Shown: positions 1 through 14,127, numbered from the whole stretch's first letter. The stretch is DNA of 62,834 nucleotides, filler included, from Octopus bimaculoides (GCF_001194135.2; 9 parts of 7 records of this genome joined end to end with filler, not necessarily neighbours in it); one strand, 5' to 3'. A program made the numbers and translations. The notes: generated by a model not told the origin, from the letters alone.

Positions 1-141
1 TGAAGTAGCCACACAGGGCTGTTACTGAACAACATTCAACTATATAAAAATGATAAAGAACGATCTTGTATAATGGTGCATGAATATAAACTCAGCAACA
101 AAAAGCTGGTGTACAGTGCAGAAACAAATGTTGTAACCTAA

Positions 142-290
142 TATCCTTTTCTACTCTAGGCACAAGGCCCGAAATTTTTGAGGAATGGGGCCAGTCGATT
201 AGATCGACTCCAGTACGCAACTGGTATTTAATTTATCGACCCCGAAAGGATGAAATTTAAAGTCAACCACGGCGGAATTTGAACTCAGAA
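142..290 (-). mobile_element. tRNA-derived SINE family A, 5'-truncated copy
   Basis: Matches the family A body and tail seen many times in the window (tcgaccccgaaaggatgaaa...cggcggaatttgaactcagaac), including the reverse-strand B box. Confidence 0.85.
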
Positions 291-1064
291 CGGATTAGAT
301 CGACCCCACTATGCAACTGAGGGAAATTTTGGTTGCTATTTCTACTGTTATAAATTTCCTGTCGTTGGTATTGAGTAGTAATTTCCAGAGTAGAAAATGA
401 TATTCAAGGGAAAGAACTCTTCCACAACTCACATATATTTCTAAGAGTTATTTCCCTTGGAATTTGTGCGCCATATTTGTTGCAAGATTTTCGTCGTGTT
501 TCCGTCTTGTTATTCCGAGATTCAATAATAGATTTCCTGTACGCAACACTGATACAACTACAGTTGTAGTATTTGATATGATAAATTCATTTGTTACGCT
601 TGTATTATAGATCCCATAGTTTTAATAATGCAAGTACCAGTAAGATTCTGGTAACGATTTAAATGATTTCATTTCTTTTTTGAAAAAATACCTCATCCTT
701 GCCTACTCCCCCCCTCAAAAAAATCCTGAATAATTCCACCTCCCTCCTTTTCGTGAAATCTCATAATAAATAATTATATCAGCTTCGAAGTTACTAGCAC
801 TAGTTTACCATTGACGCATTGCCTACCCTGAACCCCATTTGGAGATCTCAAAACAGTCTCACTGCCGGTTGTCCGTTGTTCGCTCGTTACGAGGTCGTTG
901 GACCACTGAAAACGGAAGAGCTACTAGAATAAAATGGACGCTAGAAAGAAGTCAATAAGTGGCGATGTACAATTAGACTTTTAAGACTGGAAGAGGTCAT
1001 ATTGAAGAGAAAAACAAGATTGAGGAAGGGGATTCCAAAGTTCAGAGGTGCAAGGAAAGAAACT

Positions 1065-1300
1065 GGTTCTGTAAAGAATAAACGATTTGAGTGAAGATAT
1101 TTTACAAGAGAGTCTTTAATCAAGGACTGAAAAACCTTACTGATGATTGGTAGTAGACTAATGATTGGTCTATAATTACGAGAAATAGATCGATCACCAC
1201 AGTTCTTAAAGGCAGGAACAATAACTGGGAATTTCCGTAAAGAAAGAAAACAAAATTCTGAGATACAATCAATAAAAGCCGAACACGTAGAAGCCATTTG
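1065..1300 (-). mobile_element. CR1/L2/Jockey-group LINE reverse transcriptase N-terminal fragment (pseudogenised)
   Basis: ORF 941..1297(-) contains VPAFKNCGDRSISRNYRPIISLLPIISKVFQSLI, the non-LTR RT motif K.GD....NYRPISLL..SKVFE. Confidence 0.8.
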
Positions 1301-1411
1301 AATTTCTTTCCTGTCCTGTTATCTGACGAGATATGTTCGTTCCATGAACCCACGAAACTGTAAGTCGCATGGAGCTGAGCCAAAGCTTTATGATAGCAAC
1401 AACAACAATAG

Positions 1412-1413
1412 TA

Positions 1414-1506
<93 letters not shown>

Positions 1507-1510
1507 GACA

Positions 1511-1586
<76 letters not shown>

Positions 1587-1589
1587 CTC
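1412..1589. repeat. (TATC)n/(TGTC)n compound microsatellite
   Basis: Directly visible; runs into an N gap. Confidence 0.95.
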
Positions 1590-1745
1590 NNNNNNNNNNN
1601 NNNNNNNNNNNNNNNNNNNNNNNNNNNNNNNNNTTAATTAATTAANNNNNNNNNNNNNNNNNNNNNNNNNNNNNNNNNNNNNNNNNNNNTAAGATATATG
1701 CATATGCTCACATATCATTTGTATTATATATATATATACATGGCC

Positions 1746-2082
1746 GTTGCACTCCGTCGGTTATGATGACGAGGGTTCCAGTTGATCCGATCAATGGAAC
1801 CACCTGCTCGTGAAATTAACGTGCAAGTGGCTGAGCACTCCACAGACATGTGTACCCTTAACGTAGTTCTCGGGGAGATTCAGCGTGACACAAAGTGACA
1901 AGGCTGGCAGAAAAAGAAGAGAGAGTAAGAGAAAGTTGTGGTGAAAGAATACAGCAGGGTTCACCACCACCCCCGGGTGGGGCCTCGTGGAGCCTTAGAT
2001 GTTTTCGCTCAAAAACACTCACAACGCCCGATCTGGGAATCGAGACCACGACCCCATGCCCTAACCACTGGGCCATTGCGCC
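1746..2082 (-). mobile_element. SINE with family C tRNA head and family D tail
   Basis: Reverse complement starts ggcgcaatggcccagtggttaggg (A box) ... tcgattccc (B box) and ends ggaaccctcgtcatcataaccgacggagtgc, as at 14128 and 36585. Confidence 0.9.
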
Positions 2083-2492
2083 TTCACTATACATACATAC
2101 ATGCATATATACATACACACATACNNNNNNNNNNNNNNNNNNNNNNNNNNNNNNNNNNNNNNNNNNNNNNNNNNNNNNNNNNNNNNNNNNNNNNNNNNNN
2201 NNNNNNNNNNNNNNNNNNNNNNNNNNNNNNNNNNNNNNNNNNNNNNNNNNNNNNNNNNNNNNNNNNNNNNNNNNNNNNNNNNNNNNNNNNNNNNNNNNNN
2301 NNNNNNNNNNNNNNNNNNNNNNNNNNNNNNNNNNNNNNNNNNNNNNNNNNNNNNNNNNNNNNNNNNNNNNNNNNNNNNNNNNNNNNNNNNNNNNNNNNNN
2401 NNNNNNNNNNNNNNNNNNNNNNNNNNNNNNNNNNNNNNNNNNNNNNNNNNNNNNNNNNNNNNNNNNNNNNNNNNNTATATATATATATATAT

Positions 2493-2887
2493 TCTATTGT
2501 TCTTTTATTTGTTTCAGTCTTTTGTCTGCAGCCATGTTGGAGCACCAACTTTTTAGTCGAACAAATCGACCTCAGGACTTATTCTTTGTAAGCCTAGTAC
2601 TTATTCTATCTGTCTCTTTCGCCGAACCGCTATGTTACGGGGATGTAAACACACCAAGATCGGTTGTCAAGCGATGATGGAGAACAAACACAGACACACA
2701 AATACACAGACACATATATATATACGAAGGGCTTCTTTTAGTTTCCGTTTAGCAAATCCACTCACAAGGCTTTGGTCCGCCCGAAGCTAAAGTAGAAGAC
2801 ATTTGCCCAAGGTGCCACGCAATGAAACTGAACCCGAAACCATGTAGTTTTTACGCAAGCTACTTACCACACAGTTTCTCTTTCGCC
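2493..2887 (-). mobile_element. SINE family B (CORE-like, internal microsatellite), full length, diverged
   Basis: Head, ccttgggcaaatgtcttctac CORE-like segment, internal (TG/TA) tract and tail ggtgctccaacatggctgcagac...tgaaacaaataaaag. Confidence 0.9.
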
Positions 2888-3803
2888 TATATATATATGT
2901 ATATATACGAAGAAGAAGATTTCATTTTAAAATCAGAATGGAACATGTTGAGAAATTGAAAAATATTCCATACGACATTCTTATGACACATTCTGAGGAT
3001 AGTTTAGAAGCACATTTTTTCAGAACTTTTTTACTCGTGAAGGAAAATATCTTTCGAAGTTTAGTTGTTGTTCACCAATAATCTAGTAATTAGGAGCTGA
3101 ATATCATTTATCGATCCAGCAAGGGTGGAAAGCAAAGAATAGCGCAGTATCACTTGAAAACAGAATGGTAGAAAAGCTACAAATCGTTTATTGGAACGTT
3201 CGAATGACATGGTGCCAATCCGCGAAACGCGTTTAGTGGAGGCATCGTGTGCGTGCGCACGTGCCTATATGTGTATATCTGTATTTTTGCTTCTTTTAGT
3301 CATTGGACAAAGGCCGTGCTGTAGCATTGCCATCGAAGATTATGAACGAAAGAAACGACGCCAGTACTTATTTTGTAAAGTCTTGTATCTTTTGCATCGC
3401 CTAACTTATGAGGACATAATCACAGCAACACCGGTTGTCAAGTGATGTTGGGGAACACGTCAATGTAAAGAGAAACACACACACATGGACACACACACAC
3501 ATGGACACACACACACATGGACACACACACACAAACACACTCATATATATAATTGTGTGTTTATGTGTATATATATAATTTCTAGTAGAAAAATTAGTTT
3601 TCATTAACATAAATTTTTGAGTTCCAGAAATTTGACATAACTTCTTTGAAAAAGAATATATATGTATACGTAATACATACATATATACATGCATATATAT
3701 ACTCACACACACACACAAATATATATATATATATATATTCAAATATATGTGTATATGAGGTGTAAGTATAAAGTGTATATGAGGCGTAAGCATGTGTGTG
3801 TAT

Positions 3804-3848
<45 letters not shown>

Positions 3849-4382
3849 CGTGTGTGTGTATGTACACATATACATAAATAAATATAGGCGGATAATTATA
3901 TATATATATATATATAGTGATATACATACATCAATACATAGCAGCATATACATATGTGTATGTGTGAATGTTTGTACTCATATATTTATCTGAATAAAGG
4001 GTATTGGAATAATGAATTAATCTCCAGTTAATTCAATTAAAACCAAAGAACTTTTCTCCGGAACTATGCTCCATTCTCAAGACACTGCGCGTGGCCTAGG
4101 AGGGAAGGTGTGGAGGAAGAGCAGATAACATTCGTTGAAGGGACTAAGAGAGCTTGTGACGCAAATCAATATAAACATACCCACGCATGCGCAAATATGT
4201 ATGTGTACGTATGTGCGTGTGTATATATATATATATATATACACACACACATGTATATATAAAGATTCATACATACATACATATAAACATGCATACTCAC
4301 ACAAACATACACTCTGTCTCACACACACACACACTTAGATAGATGGATGAATAGAGAGATAGACACTGCATATATGTATATA

Positions 4383-4472
<90 letters not shown>

Positions 4473-4839
4473 TATATATATATCTATAAATATATATATA
4501 TATATATGTATGTATATATGTGTGTATGTGTGTGTGTGTTTATGTATGTGTTTACGTGTGTGCTGAAGTGTGCCGGCTAAACAGAAAATTGAGCGCTTCT
4601 ATTATGTGAGCTAATTACACAGTTTGAGAAGTTGTAATTAATAGTTTATGGCGTTCGTCCCTGTGGGCCGAATCCAAGGTGCGGTGTCTATTGAATTCCT
4701 TTATACACATACACACTGGCGTCTTTACACACACTTATGTGCAAATATGTATGTATACATATATATATATGTATATGAATATGTATATCCATATATATGT
4801 CTGTGTGTATGTGTGTGTGTGTTTGCGCATGTATGTATA

Positions 4840-4990
4840 GGCGCAGGCGTGGCTGTGCGTTAAGAAACTTGCTTCTCAGCCACATGGTTCCGGGTTCAAT
4901 CCCACTTGGGCTACTCTTTTATACTATAGCCTTCGGCCGACCAAAGACCTTAAGTGGATGTGGTAGATGGAAAATGAAAGAAGCCCGTCG
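4840..4990 (+). mobile_element. SINE family B, 5' half ending in expanded (TA)/(TG) tract
   Basis: ggcgcaggcgtggctgtg...ccgggttcaatccc...gaaagaagcccgtcg followed by microsatellite. Confidence 0.85.
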
Positions 4991-5006
4991 TATATATATA
5001 TATATA

Positions 5007-5067
<61 letters not shown>

Positions 5068-5132
5068 ATGTGTGTGTGTGTGCGTGCGCTTGTGTGTGTG
5101 TGTGCGTGTGTGTGTGTATACAAACATATATA

Positions 5133-6020
5133 CAGACACGACAGAAGTAAATAGACACCTTTATAATCTTTAACATTCATTTAAATTTGAGATTAATTAT
5201 TCAAATTATTTAGTAATTGTTATAATGTGAATGTTTAATATTTAGTAGACATGCTTCTTGCATTGTTCAATGGAAGGACCCTATTAGGCATGTTAATGAA
5301 CAGATAACTAATATTCTGTCGAGGTATTTCTTGCCAAGTTCCATGAAGTAATCTCAAAAGAATTGGCTTTGAAGATGCTCTTTTGTTCTTTTTATGAAGT
5401 GTCCTGTCCATTATGCCTCAAATGAGTTCAATAGGCTTCACAACTGGTGACCAGCTTGGCCTGAAAGCTTTCTAATGCCATTCTTATCCAACAATTCTTG
5501 AGTTTTCTTTATTCATTTCACCACTGGATAAAATTGGAAGGAGTCCTTTCTGCAACATGGACGTATATTTATCTGAGTTTTTGTTTCCCTCACACTCTAC
5601 CAACTCTGGTTTACCATTGTTCCAAATTGCTCTCCAGACCTTCACAGAATAGCTGCCATGTTTCATTGTTGGTTGCAATCTTTTCACGTCAAATTATTGA
5701 TCACAGATTCTCCAGACCCACACTCGACCACTGACATTAAATACAGCAGATCTGGACGCATTGGAGTATATGACAGTGTCCCCAAATGCTAGTGGCTTCT
5801 CCATCATCACACTGGTCCATTATTTTCTCCGTTTGATATTGGTTGGTCAAAGAAGTGGCTTTCTTCTTGATGCTCTGCCATAGTAACCAAGTTTGTGGAG
5901 AGACCTGACAGTTGTTCTAGGACTGACATCAACGTGTTCTGCTATGTCAGAGGTCTTGCAACGAGGATTATCCTCCACATTCTAGAACGGCTGTGCTGAC
6001 GAGAACACGGATGTCATTAC
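5133..6020 (-). mobile_element. Tc1-like DNA transposon remnant
   Basis: Minus-strand translation gives EDNPRCKTSDIAEHVDVSPRTTVRSLHKLGYYGRASRRKPLL and RLQPTMKHGSYSVKVWRAIWNNGKPELVECEGNKNSDKYTSMLQKGLLP, matching Tc1 motifs RKKPLL and TVKHGGGSVMVWG. The left end begins TA-CAG. It carries stops and an internal deletion. Confidence 0.85.
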
Positions 6021-6212
6021 GTAAGTCAAACGTTAATGTTCGAAACTGCAGTATATAGCTAATTCTTTATTTTATATTTCTCATTTTGTCCTGTTCTGGT
6101 GCTTTGCGAAATTTTTCTGGAGAACATTATTTTTCTTTGTAGTTGGGTCGTTGGTGACCTCTTTCTCGCATATTGGATGTCCACCTAATAGTCATCCCTT
6201 ATACATGTGTAA

Positions 6213-6264
<52 letters not shown>

Positions 6265-6323
6265 CATTTATCGTTCTCTCTACACACACATATACACATA
6301 TATACATACATCGTTCTCTCTCT

Positions 6324-6405
<82 letters not shown>

Positions 6406-6496
6406 GCATACATACATACATACATACAAACATACATACATACATACATACAAACATACATACATACATACAAACATACATACATACATACATACA
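6213..6496. repeat. Compound (TATC)n-(TC)n-(TA)n-(TACA)n microsatellite
   Basis: Directly visible. Confidence 0.95.
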
Positions 6497-8514
6497 TTAA
6501 CGTACACATTTTTTCTTGATATTAATCTCTCCGGATGTCTATTTAGGAGTGTACCAGTGTTAGAGTGTGTTTGCTTGTATTTACTGTTTGTTTGTTTGTT
6601 AGTATGAGTGTGTGTTTCTGTGTGCGTGTGTGTGTGTGTGTGTGTTTGTGTGTGTGCGTGTATTTGAGTGTGCGTGCGTATGCATACCAACAGCGACACG
6701 AACAGCTGTCAGGCGAAACTCGAGTAACCAGTAATGTTTTATATATATTAAACCCGCGCGCACAAATGAATGCGCGCTTTCACGTGCGCGCGCGAGATAT
6801 TATACGTCATCATCCGGTTGCGCTGTTTGCACCGGTTCTCGCGACAATCTGTCGCCATCCAATTCTTTTTGAATTTGAATTGGGAGCTTGTGTCAAAAGA
6901 AATCTTTCATTAGCTGATGACACAACCATGGACGCTGTTGCTAATTATGTGTATCACTTACTCTCTTGATACAGTTTGGCGATCCTGAAAATTGATCAGC
7001 ATCAATGTAGGAATCACCATCGGCTCAGTTGGTCTCATCCATTTCTGCTTCACAATATACCATGTTGCAGTTCCATGACTTCAACTTATCAATGGCAGAG
7101 TAGTTGAACAGGATCTATGCTTTGTCAAAGGGCAGCCCGTAACTATGAAGTTCACAGTTATCATTCTATGAGGTATTTTCAAAATACTCGCATAGCCTTT
7201 ATACATGAATACAATTAAGCAATCATAAATATAAGGAAAACAAAGTACAATCCACCAACTCGAATGTGAGAACCCAATATTTATGCTGAATTAGAGCAGT
7301 CTGCTATTTGGACCATATTCAGTTTCCGCTTGTTTTTACTTTCTTTTCAAGACCTAAATCCTCCTTCTCTATAAGGACCTCGACCACATGGCCCTTCTCT
7401 GGCTCGTCTAGCAGAGCTCTAAATAACTTTATCACCACTCCGGAACATTAAGTTTAGAGTCATTCTTTTGTCGTACCTTCTTCGTTATCGTGCCATCTGT
7501 TTATCCCAACACATTCTCTAGTCTCTGTTCAATGCTTATCCTCAAAATGCTTTGGAATGATACAACTGGGATGGGCCCTCAGCTTTTCGTCGTTGACTTC
7601 TAACATTGAGGACTAAGCTACTATTCTCACCAACCAAAATTTTGTGTCCAATGGTTCTCTGGAAACATCAGCTTCTGTAACATTCTGGCATGGCTTCTAC
7701 TTTCACAGCTCTCAACCATTTTATTTCTCTCTGAACTTGTTCACCTCCTCGGGACCAAAAGCCCACATGTATCTCCTGCTATCATACTTGTAGTAACTAG
7801 GCTTTCTGTGCTGTACAGCCAAGCTAATAAGTTTTCGTTCTGCGCCCACGGTGAGTTATGGTCCAAGATGGTTTTGTGGTCTTCTGGAGGTCATCAGGAC
7901 TTGCATGTCTACGCATGCGTCATCAAGTCGGTTTTGATTCTTCGTTTACACTTTGGCATAGTACTCTGTAAAGATAACAACGAACCAGGTAAAGTACTCT
8001 GTAAAAGCGACAACGAAGCAGGAGTTAACGTCACTGCCAATGTCCTCCCCCTCTCACACTTACTCATTCTGTGTGGTCTATGCATTTTTCAGCCCTATAT
8101 ATCGTGGAACTATGCAATGGGTAGGAGTGTATGGCACCAACTGAATTTTGCCCCGTCCTCGATCTTAAAAGCCATGAACACTTTTCTATATATTCCACAC
8201 AAGTCGATGGAAACATCATCAGACAAGGCTTCATTCAACTGTGATTTTATGTATGTATGGAAGCTCCAACTGCATTAGCGAAACAGACGTATGACAAATA
8301 AATTCCGAAGCTTACCTTGGTAAAATAATACAATAAATATATTAAATTCAAATTACGATAAACGTAAACAAGCAAATGAAGTTTGCTTTTAGAAGCGTTG
8401 AGATGTCTTAGAAAGTTAAAGAAGTGATTTTTAAATTCTCAATCGCAGGATAATGCTAATAATATAGCCTGAACAGGATAAACTACTCCTATTTTGCAGA
8501 AAAAAGTGTAGGTG

Positions 8515-8589
8515 GTTAGCTGTTGGACTCGAACTCACACGTCCGTGATTATGCGTCACGATGCTCTGACCGATTGAGCTAAACTCCCC
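8515..8589 (-). pseudogene. tRNA-like sequence (CAT anticodon), pseudogene or SINE head
   Basis: Reverse complement has D stem GCTC/GAGC, anticodon stem CGTGA/TCACG around loop CGCATAA, and a GTTCGAGTC T loop. Acceptor and T stems do not pair well. Confidence 0.6.
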
Positions 8590-8985
8590 CACTACAGATT
8601 CCTCTGCAAATTTAAGATGTATAGAAATGTCGATTTTTAAAGAAAATAAAGTACAAAATTCTAATGCGGCCCGGAACATGGCGGAAAACAATAACAAGAA
8701 CATCAACAACCATTGTCTGGAATGTCGGTGAAAGTATTGAAAATTGTCAAGAGGAAATTAATGTATTTAAATGGGCTTCACTGGTACTATATATCATCGG
8801 CCCCGGAGGAACGAAAGGCATAATTGACCTCAGCTGTATTTAAACTCAGAGAGTAAAAAATCGGGAGAAACAACGCTTGTCGTTTTTTCAGATGTCTTCA
8901 CGGTTCTGGAAATCCTCCGTGCTTATGCCAACGCACCATATCTAACAGCCTATACGAGCAAATATACATACACATACACATATAC

Positions 8986-9054
<69 letters not shown>

Positions 9055-9609
9055 TACATATACATACACACAACATACACTCAGAGTAAGCAGAAAGAGA
9101 CAGAGATAACTATACAATTATACCCACGCAAAGATTATTAGTCTGGTAGTAATGGGAAGCTTATGTTCCGTGGTGTGCGTGTATGCCTTACGTGCGTGTG
9201 TGTGTGTGTGAGTGTGTGTGTGCATGTGCCTGTGTGTGTGCACGCGTGTGTATATATCTATGTGTGTGTGAATATATGTGTGTGTGTGTGTATTCGTGTC
9301 TGACTAAATATTTGTGTTTGTCTCGACTAATGATGGATGGAGGAAAGAGTGGCCATGGCGGGCGTAAAACTCGTTTGATTGATTATAATTAATAAAAGGT
9401 TGGCGCTCTATCGATTAAAATCCGACTGAGGTTAGAGATGTGATAGATAGATACCATTGACATAACTTTAGTATCATTTCTGTCAACAGAATTGGTGTTT
9501 GGTATGTTGATACCGACGAGACTGAATCGCCTTTCACACTTGCTCTGTCTCCATATCTCTCTACGTATATCATTATTTAGTTTTATTTCACGTTTACTTG
9601 CCACTAGAG

Positions 9610-9680
9610 AAAGAACCGGTTTCTAACCTAGATCCAAGGATCTTTCATTAGAATTTCAACAATATCAGCAGGATATGTTT
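9610..9680. repeat. Short dispersed repeat, second copy at ~10125-10195
   Basis: tttctaacctagatccaaggatctttcattagaatttcaacaatatcagcagg versus tttctatcctagatccaaggctccttcaatggaatttcaacaacatcaacagg. Confidence 0.7.
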
Positions 9681-11864
9681 GTATGTATGTATATGTGCAG
9701 ATTTGTATTTTGCTTTGCGTATGTATTTTCATGCATATAGTTGCATGACTAGATATGCTTATATATATTTAAAGGATAAACTTCTAGAAAGTTTTACAGA
9801 TTTTGACAGTTCTAGTGATGGATTGCATTTGTTGTCTTCGAATCAGCTTTATCCTTTTTTGATTTTGAGAAATGTAATTTCTCAAGACTGATATTTAGGT
9901 AGCAATGTTACGTATCACACGGCCCCAATAATTACAAGTATAAATTTGAACCTGTAGTCTGGATAGAGTAACTACAGATTTCTCAATAGTTAAGCGTAGG
10001 TATTCTCTTTTTCACTATCTTCAGCTTTGTGTTAACATCCATATGTATGTGTGTGTGTCTGTCTCTCTGTGTATGTACGTACGTATGTCATTATTCAGTT
10101 TTTCAAGAATTCTTGCCAATAGAGAAGGAGTCGCTTTCTATCCTAGATCCAAGGCTCCTTCAATGGAATTTCAACAACATCAACAGGGTGTTTTTGCATG
10201 CATGTGTGTATATGTGCAGTGGAGACATACAGGGAAACCGAACGAAAACAAGCATTGAGGGTCGTTAAACCTGAACGAGGGGAAAATAGTGAACGCTGAG
10301 AGGAACAATTTACTTTGAAAAGAGAAAACATAAAAGAGAGAGATAGGAGACGTCCAGTCCTTAGAAGGTCCGTGCAGGAAAGAAAGATGGTTACGTGAGG
10401 AAAAGAAAGATGGACGATGGTCACGTGTAAGCAACAAGGGAGAGAAAAAGAGAAAGAGGGGGAGAGAGAGACAGACAGAAAACGGTGAAAGGGAGAAAAG
10501 GGGAATTAGAGAGGATGGTGGAGAAAACCGTATACAGTAGAGTTGCATCAAACGGGTTAAGTTAAACTTAGTTGGAAACGGTTGCGTGGAGTTCAATTAA
10601 ATAATAATATAGACAACATGAAATACGAAAACAAATGAGTTAATACGCAAATAACGAGAGGAAAAAATGGAAAACAAGACGATACGAAGAATACAAAGTA
10701 TGTATGTATGTATGTATGTATGATTCGAGAAGAGCCCTTATGAGTCAGTATGATTCGAGAAGACAACTCTACCTTTTACCAATTTGCAGCTGTTCCTATA
10801 ACATCTTACAGTCTCTTTACAGCGTTCACAGAGCATTAAGGAGCAGTCATGATGTCTGTAGTTTGAGATACAGCGCGTATCATCATGACGTAGGCAAATC
10901 TTTTCCAATAATCAAATAGCTTACAGTCCTCTATGCTAGTCAATATTTCGTCAAATGCAACTTTAATCTTCATGCTTTCCAACGCCGTTGATTAGTCATC
11001 AATACATGAAGCCCTTTTCTGAAAACAGGAGTCATAAAAAGTTGTCGAATTTGAGACGAATGCCCTGTATATGAGCTTATATATAGGAATACATTAATGT
11101 ACCTGCGTTTATATCTCTATATCTATATCTATTTTTGTGTGTGTGTGTATGTGTGTATGTGTGTGTGAACAATGCGACTGTGCGTTTATGATCTATCCAT
11201 GTCACAATTAGACATTACCTCACTAAATGAACTTCCAGCATCATCTCCATAACATTGTCTGCACAAAAATCACTTAGATGAGGGGTTTACAAACTAGGAT
11301 ACCGCGGACTAAATCTAGCCTAAATCTCTACTTCATCCGGTGCAGTGACTTTATTCAGTAAAATTCTTTGGTTTCTTTGCTTCCCATGATCGTTGGTCAG
11401 AGGAAAAGTTTCATTTTTGCATTGGCTTGTGAACGAATCAGTTATATATAGATAAATAAAAAATGTCTGTGTTTTTGCGTATGTGGCTTTGTGTAGTGAG
11501 GGTACATTGCATAGTGGTTAGCGTATTGCATTTACGATCGGAAGATCGTGGTTTCGATTCTGGAAGCGGGTGCTAATTTCACGTTGCTCTATGATCACTT
11601 CGACATCTGACGAGTGCTCCACTGAGCATCTATACAAGTAGTGTCGATTTGATGGAGAGGGTGAGCTAAAGTACAACACAAGCATTTGATCACTAAAAAC
11701 AAGTCATCCGTGTAGGTTGTTCCGCAAAAGATTACAGAACACTTATTTATCATTTTCCACAGAAGAATTCGTGATATACGTGTGTGTGTGTATGTGCGTG
11801 TGTGTGTATGTGTCCGCGCACACGTGTATGTATATATGTATAGGTATGTATGCATGTATATGTA

Positions 11865-11897
<33 letters not shown>

Positions 11898-12214
11898 NNN
11901 NNNNNNNNNNNNNNNNNNNNNNNNNNNNNNNNNNNNNNNNNNNNNNNNNNNNNNNNNNNNNNNNNNNNNNNNNNNNNNNNNNNNNNNNNGTGTGTGTGTA
12001 TGTGCGTGTGTGTGTATGTGTCCGCGCACACGTGTATGTATATATGTATAGGTATGTATGCATGTATATGTGTATATATATACATATGCGTAGATGTATA
12101 TATATATGTATATATGTCCATGTAGGCATATATTTGTGTTTATCTATCTATCTATCTATCTTGATATATAGATAAATAGATAAATAGATAGATAGACAGA
12201 TATACACAAATATA

Positions 12215-12249
<35 letters not shown>

Positions 12250-13016
12250 GAGTGTGTGTGTGTATGTATGTACGTACGTTTGTATTTGCGTATTAAGCAA
12301 TGTATGAAAATTCCAGTGTACATTTGAGAAAGCGTACACGTGCGACTGACGATAGATAGGTAACAAGAACAACTAGGGGGGTAAATTGATAAAATACCTT
12401 CCTGTCTTCTCTCCCTTTTCACTTATCATAACCTATACATAAACGCCAGCAACAGAAACAATATCAGCTCAAACAACAGCAACCAGACATTCATCACTAC
12501 AGAAGAAGTAAAGATACAAGATAAAGGGTGACCCAAAGACAACAACAAAAAAGCATGCGTATATATACACAAACAAGTATGTATGTATGTATGTATGTAT
12601 GTATGTATGTATGAGAAATATGCAAGGAAAAAAATGAGCTTGAGCAAGGACTGACGTTTTATTTTATTTGAAGTGACGTGCTGTAGACGATAGAGGACTG
12701 TTGAAAGTTGGATTCATTGTAGGATATCGGCGCCATTGTAGGGGTGGATAACATAGAGCTTTCGTAGAACGATTTCAAGAAATCCAATTTGCATATATAT
12801 ATATATATATNNNNNNNNNNNNNNNNNNNNNNNNNNNNNNNNNNNNNNNNNNNNNNNNNNNNNNNNNNNNNNNNNNNNNNNNNNNNNNNNNNNNNNNNNN
12901 NNNNNNNNNNNNNNNNNNNNNNNNNNNNNNNNNNNNNNNNNNNNNNNNNNNNNNNNNNNNNNNNNNNNNNNNNNNNNNNNNNNNNNNNNNNNNNNNNNNN
13001 NNNATATATGTGTATG

Positions 13017-13080
<64 letters not shown>

Positions 13081-14127
13081 ATGTGTGTTTGCGTGTGTGT
13101 GTGTCTGTGTGCGTGCATGTGTGCGCGCGCGTGTGTGCACACATATTTACATATGTGTATATAACATAAATGGGCTTAACATGCACACAGATACATGCTT
13201 GTGTTTTGGATCCTACCCGTGAAGCGTCGAGACATTTGAAAATAAGAAATATGTTTATGTGTGTGTGTGTGTGTGTACATGCTGATTCCTGCTTGTTTCT
13301 TTCTTTCTCTCTTTCCATCATCAAATTCCTCTCGCTCACGCTACATAACCACTTTTGTCTGAGAAGATTTCTTAATCGCGCCCCCATGCTTCGTCGTCTG
13401 TAAGATGTCACAAAAACTTTTAGCCTTTCCTTCGATGGTTTCACTATTTACAGAAAGCACTTATATCACCACCAGCACCATCATCATCACCGCCACCACC
13501 ACCACCATCATCATCATTATAAGAACAATAGTGGTTGCTTCCAATATAGGCACAAGGCCAGTGATTTTGAATGAAAATAATTGGATGCTTCCGTCCTAGA
13601 TTTATTGACCCCGAAATAATAAATAAAAGACAAATTTGACTCCTGCGTACTTTGAACTCACAGTATAAAATTCTAGAGTTGATATCAACAATCCTTTCAG
13701 TGCTCTAACGATTTTGTTAGCTCGCTGCTAAAACAGGCATGTGGCCCAAAATTTGTTGGTATTAGGGAACAAATGATTGAAATTATTCCAGTACTTCACT
13801 GATACTTTATCTTTATCGTCCTAAGACGATGAAAATGACCGATTAGCCTCCTTCCTGTAAATTTCAGGCCTTTTTTGTTAGTAGAAAGATTTTAAACAAG
13901 TTACAATTGAACACAAACTGTAATACGATAAACATTTATAGTTATTGCTCAAACGCAAAGTAGAGACCACTGGATATGTAAAGTCTGAGTATTTTAGATC
14001 TCAAACCGGCCTCCATTGCTTATTCATAAGTTTTGTGCACCCGAAGACGCACGCCAACATTTTAAAGGTAGTTTGAGATAGATAAACTGCGACGTTGTTT
14101 AAGGTAATTGTATCAATTCCTGGTGAA

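Noticed and set aside
1634-1645. ttaattaattaa islands inside N runs (also ~18146, 23445, 49595, 52942, 55119, 57700, 59604)
   Set aside because: An identical 12-mer with stops in all frames embedded in fixed-format gaps: an assembly spacer, not biology.
7000-8280. Unique-looking 1.3 kb incl. ORF 7808..8278, possibly an old minus-strand LINE
   Set aside because: No motif could be confirmed in any frame; left unassigned.
10780-11020. Minus-strand reading SMKIKVAFDEILTSIEDCKLFDYWKRF
   Set aside because: Bounded by stops, the splice sites do not fit the frame, and no recognisable homology.
11783-12068. ~80-bp sequence repeated on both sides of an N gap
   Set aside because: Most likely an unmerged contig overlap or simple low-complexity duplication.
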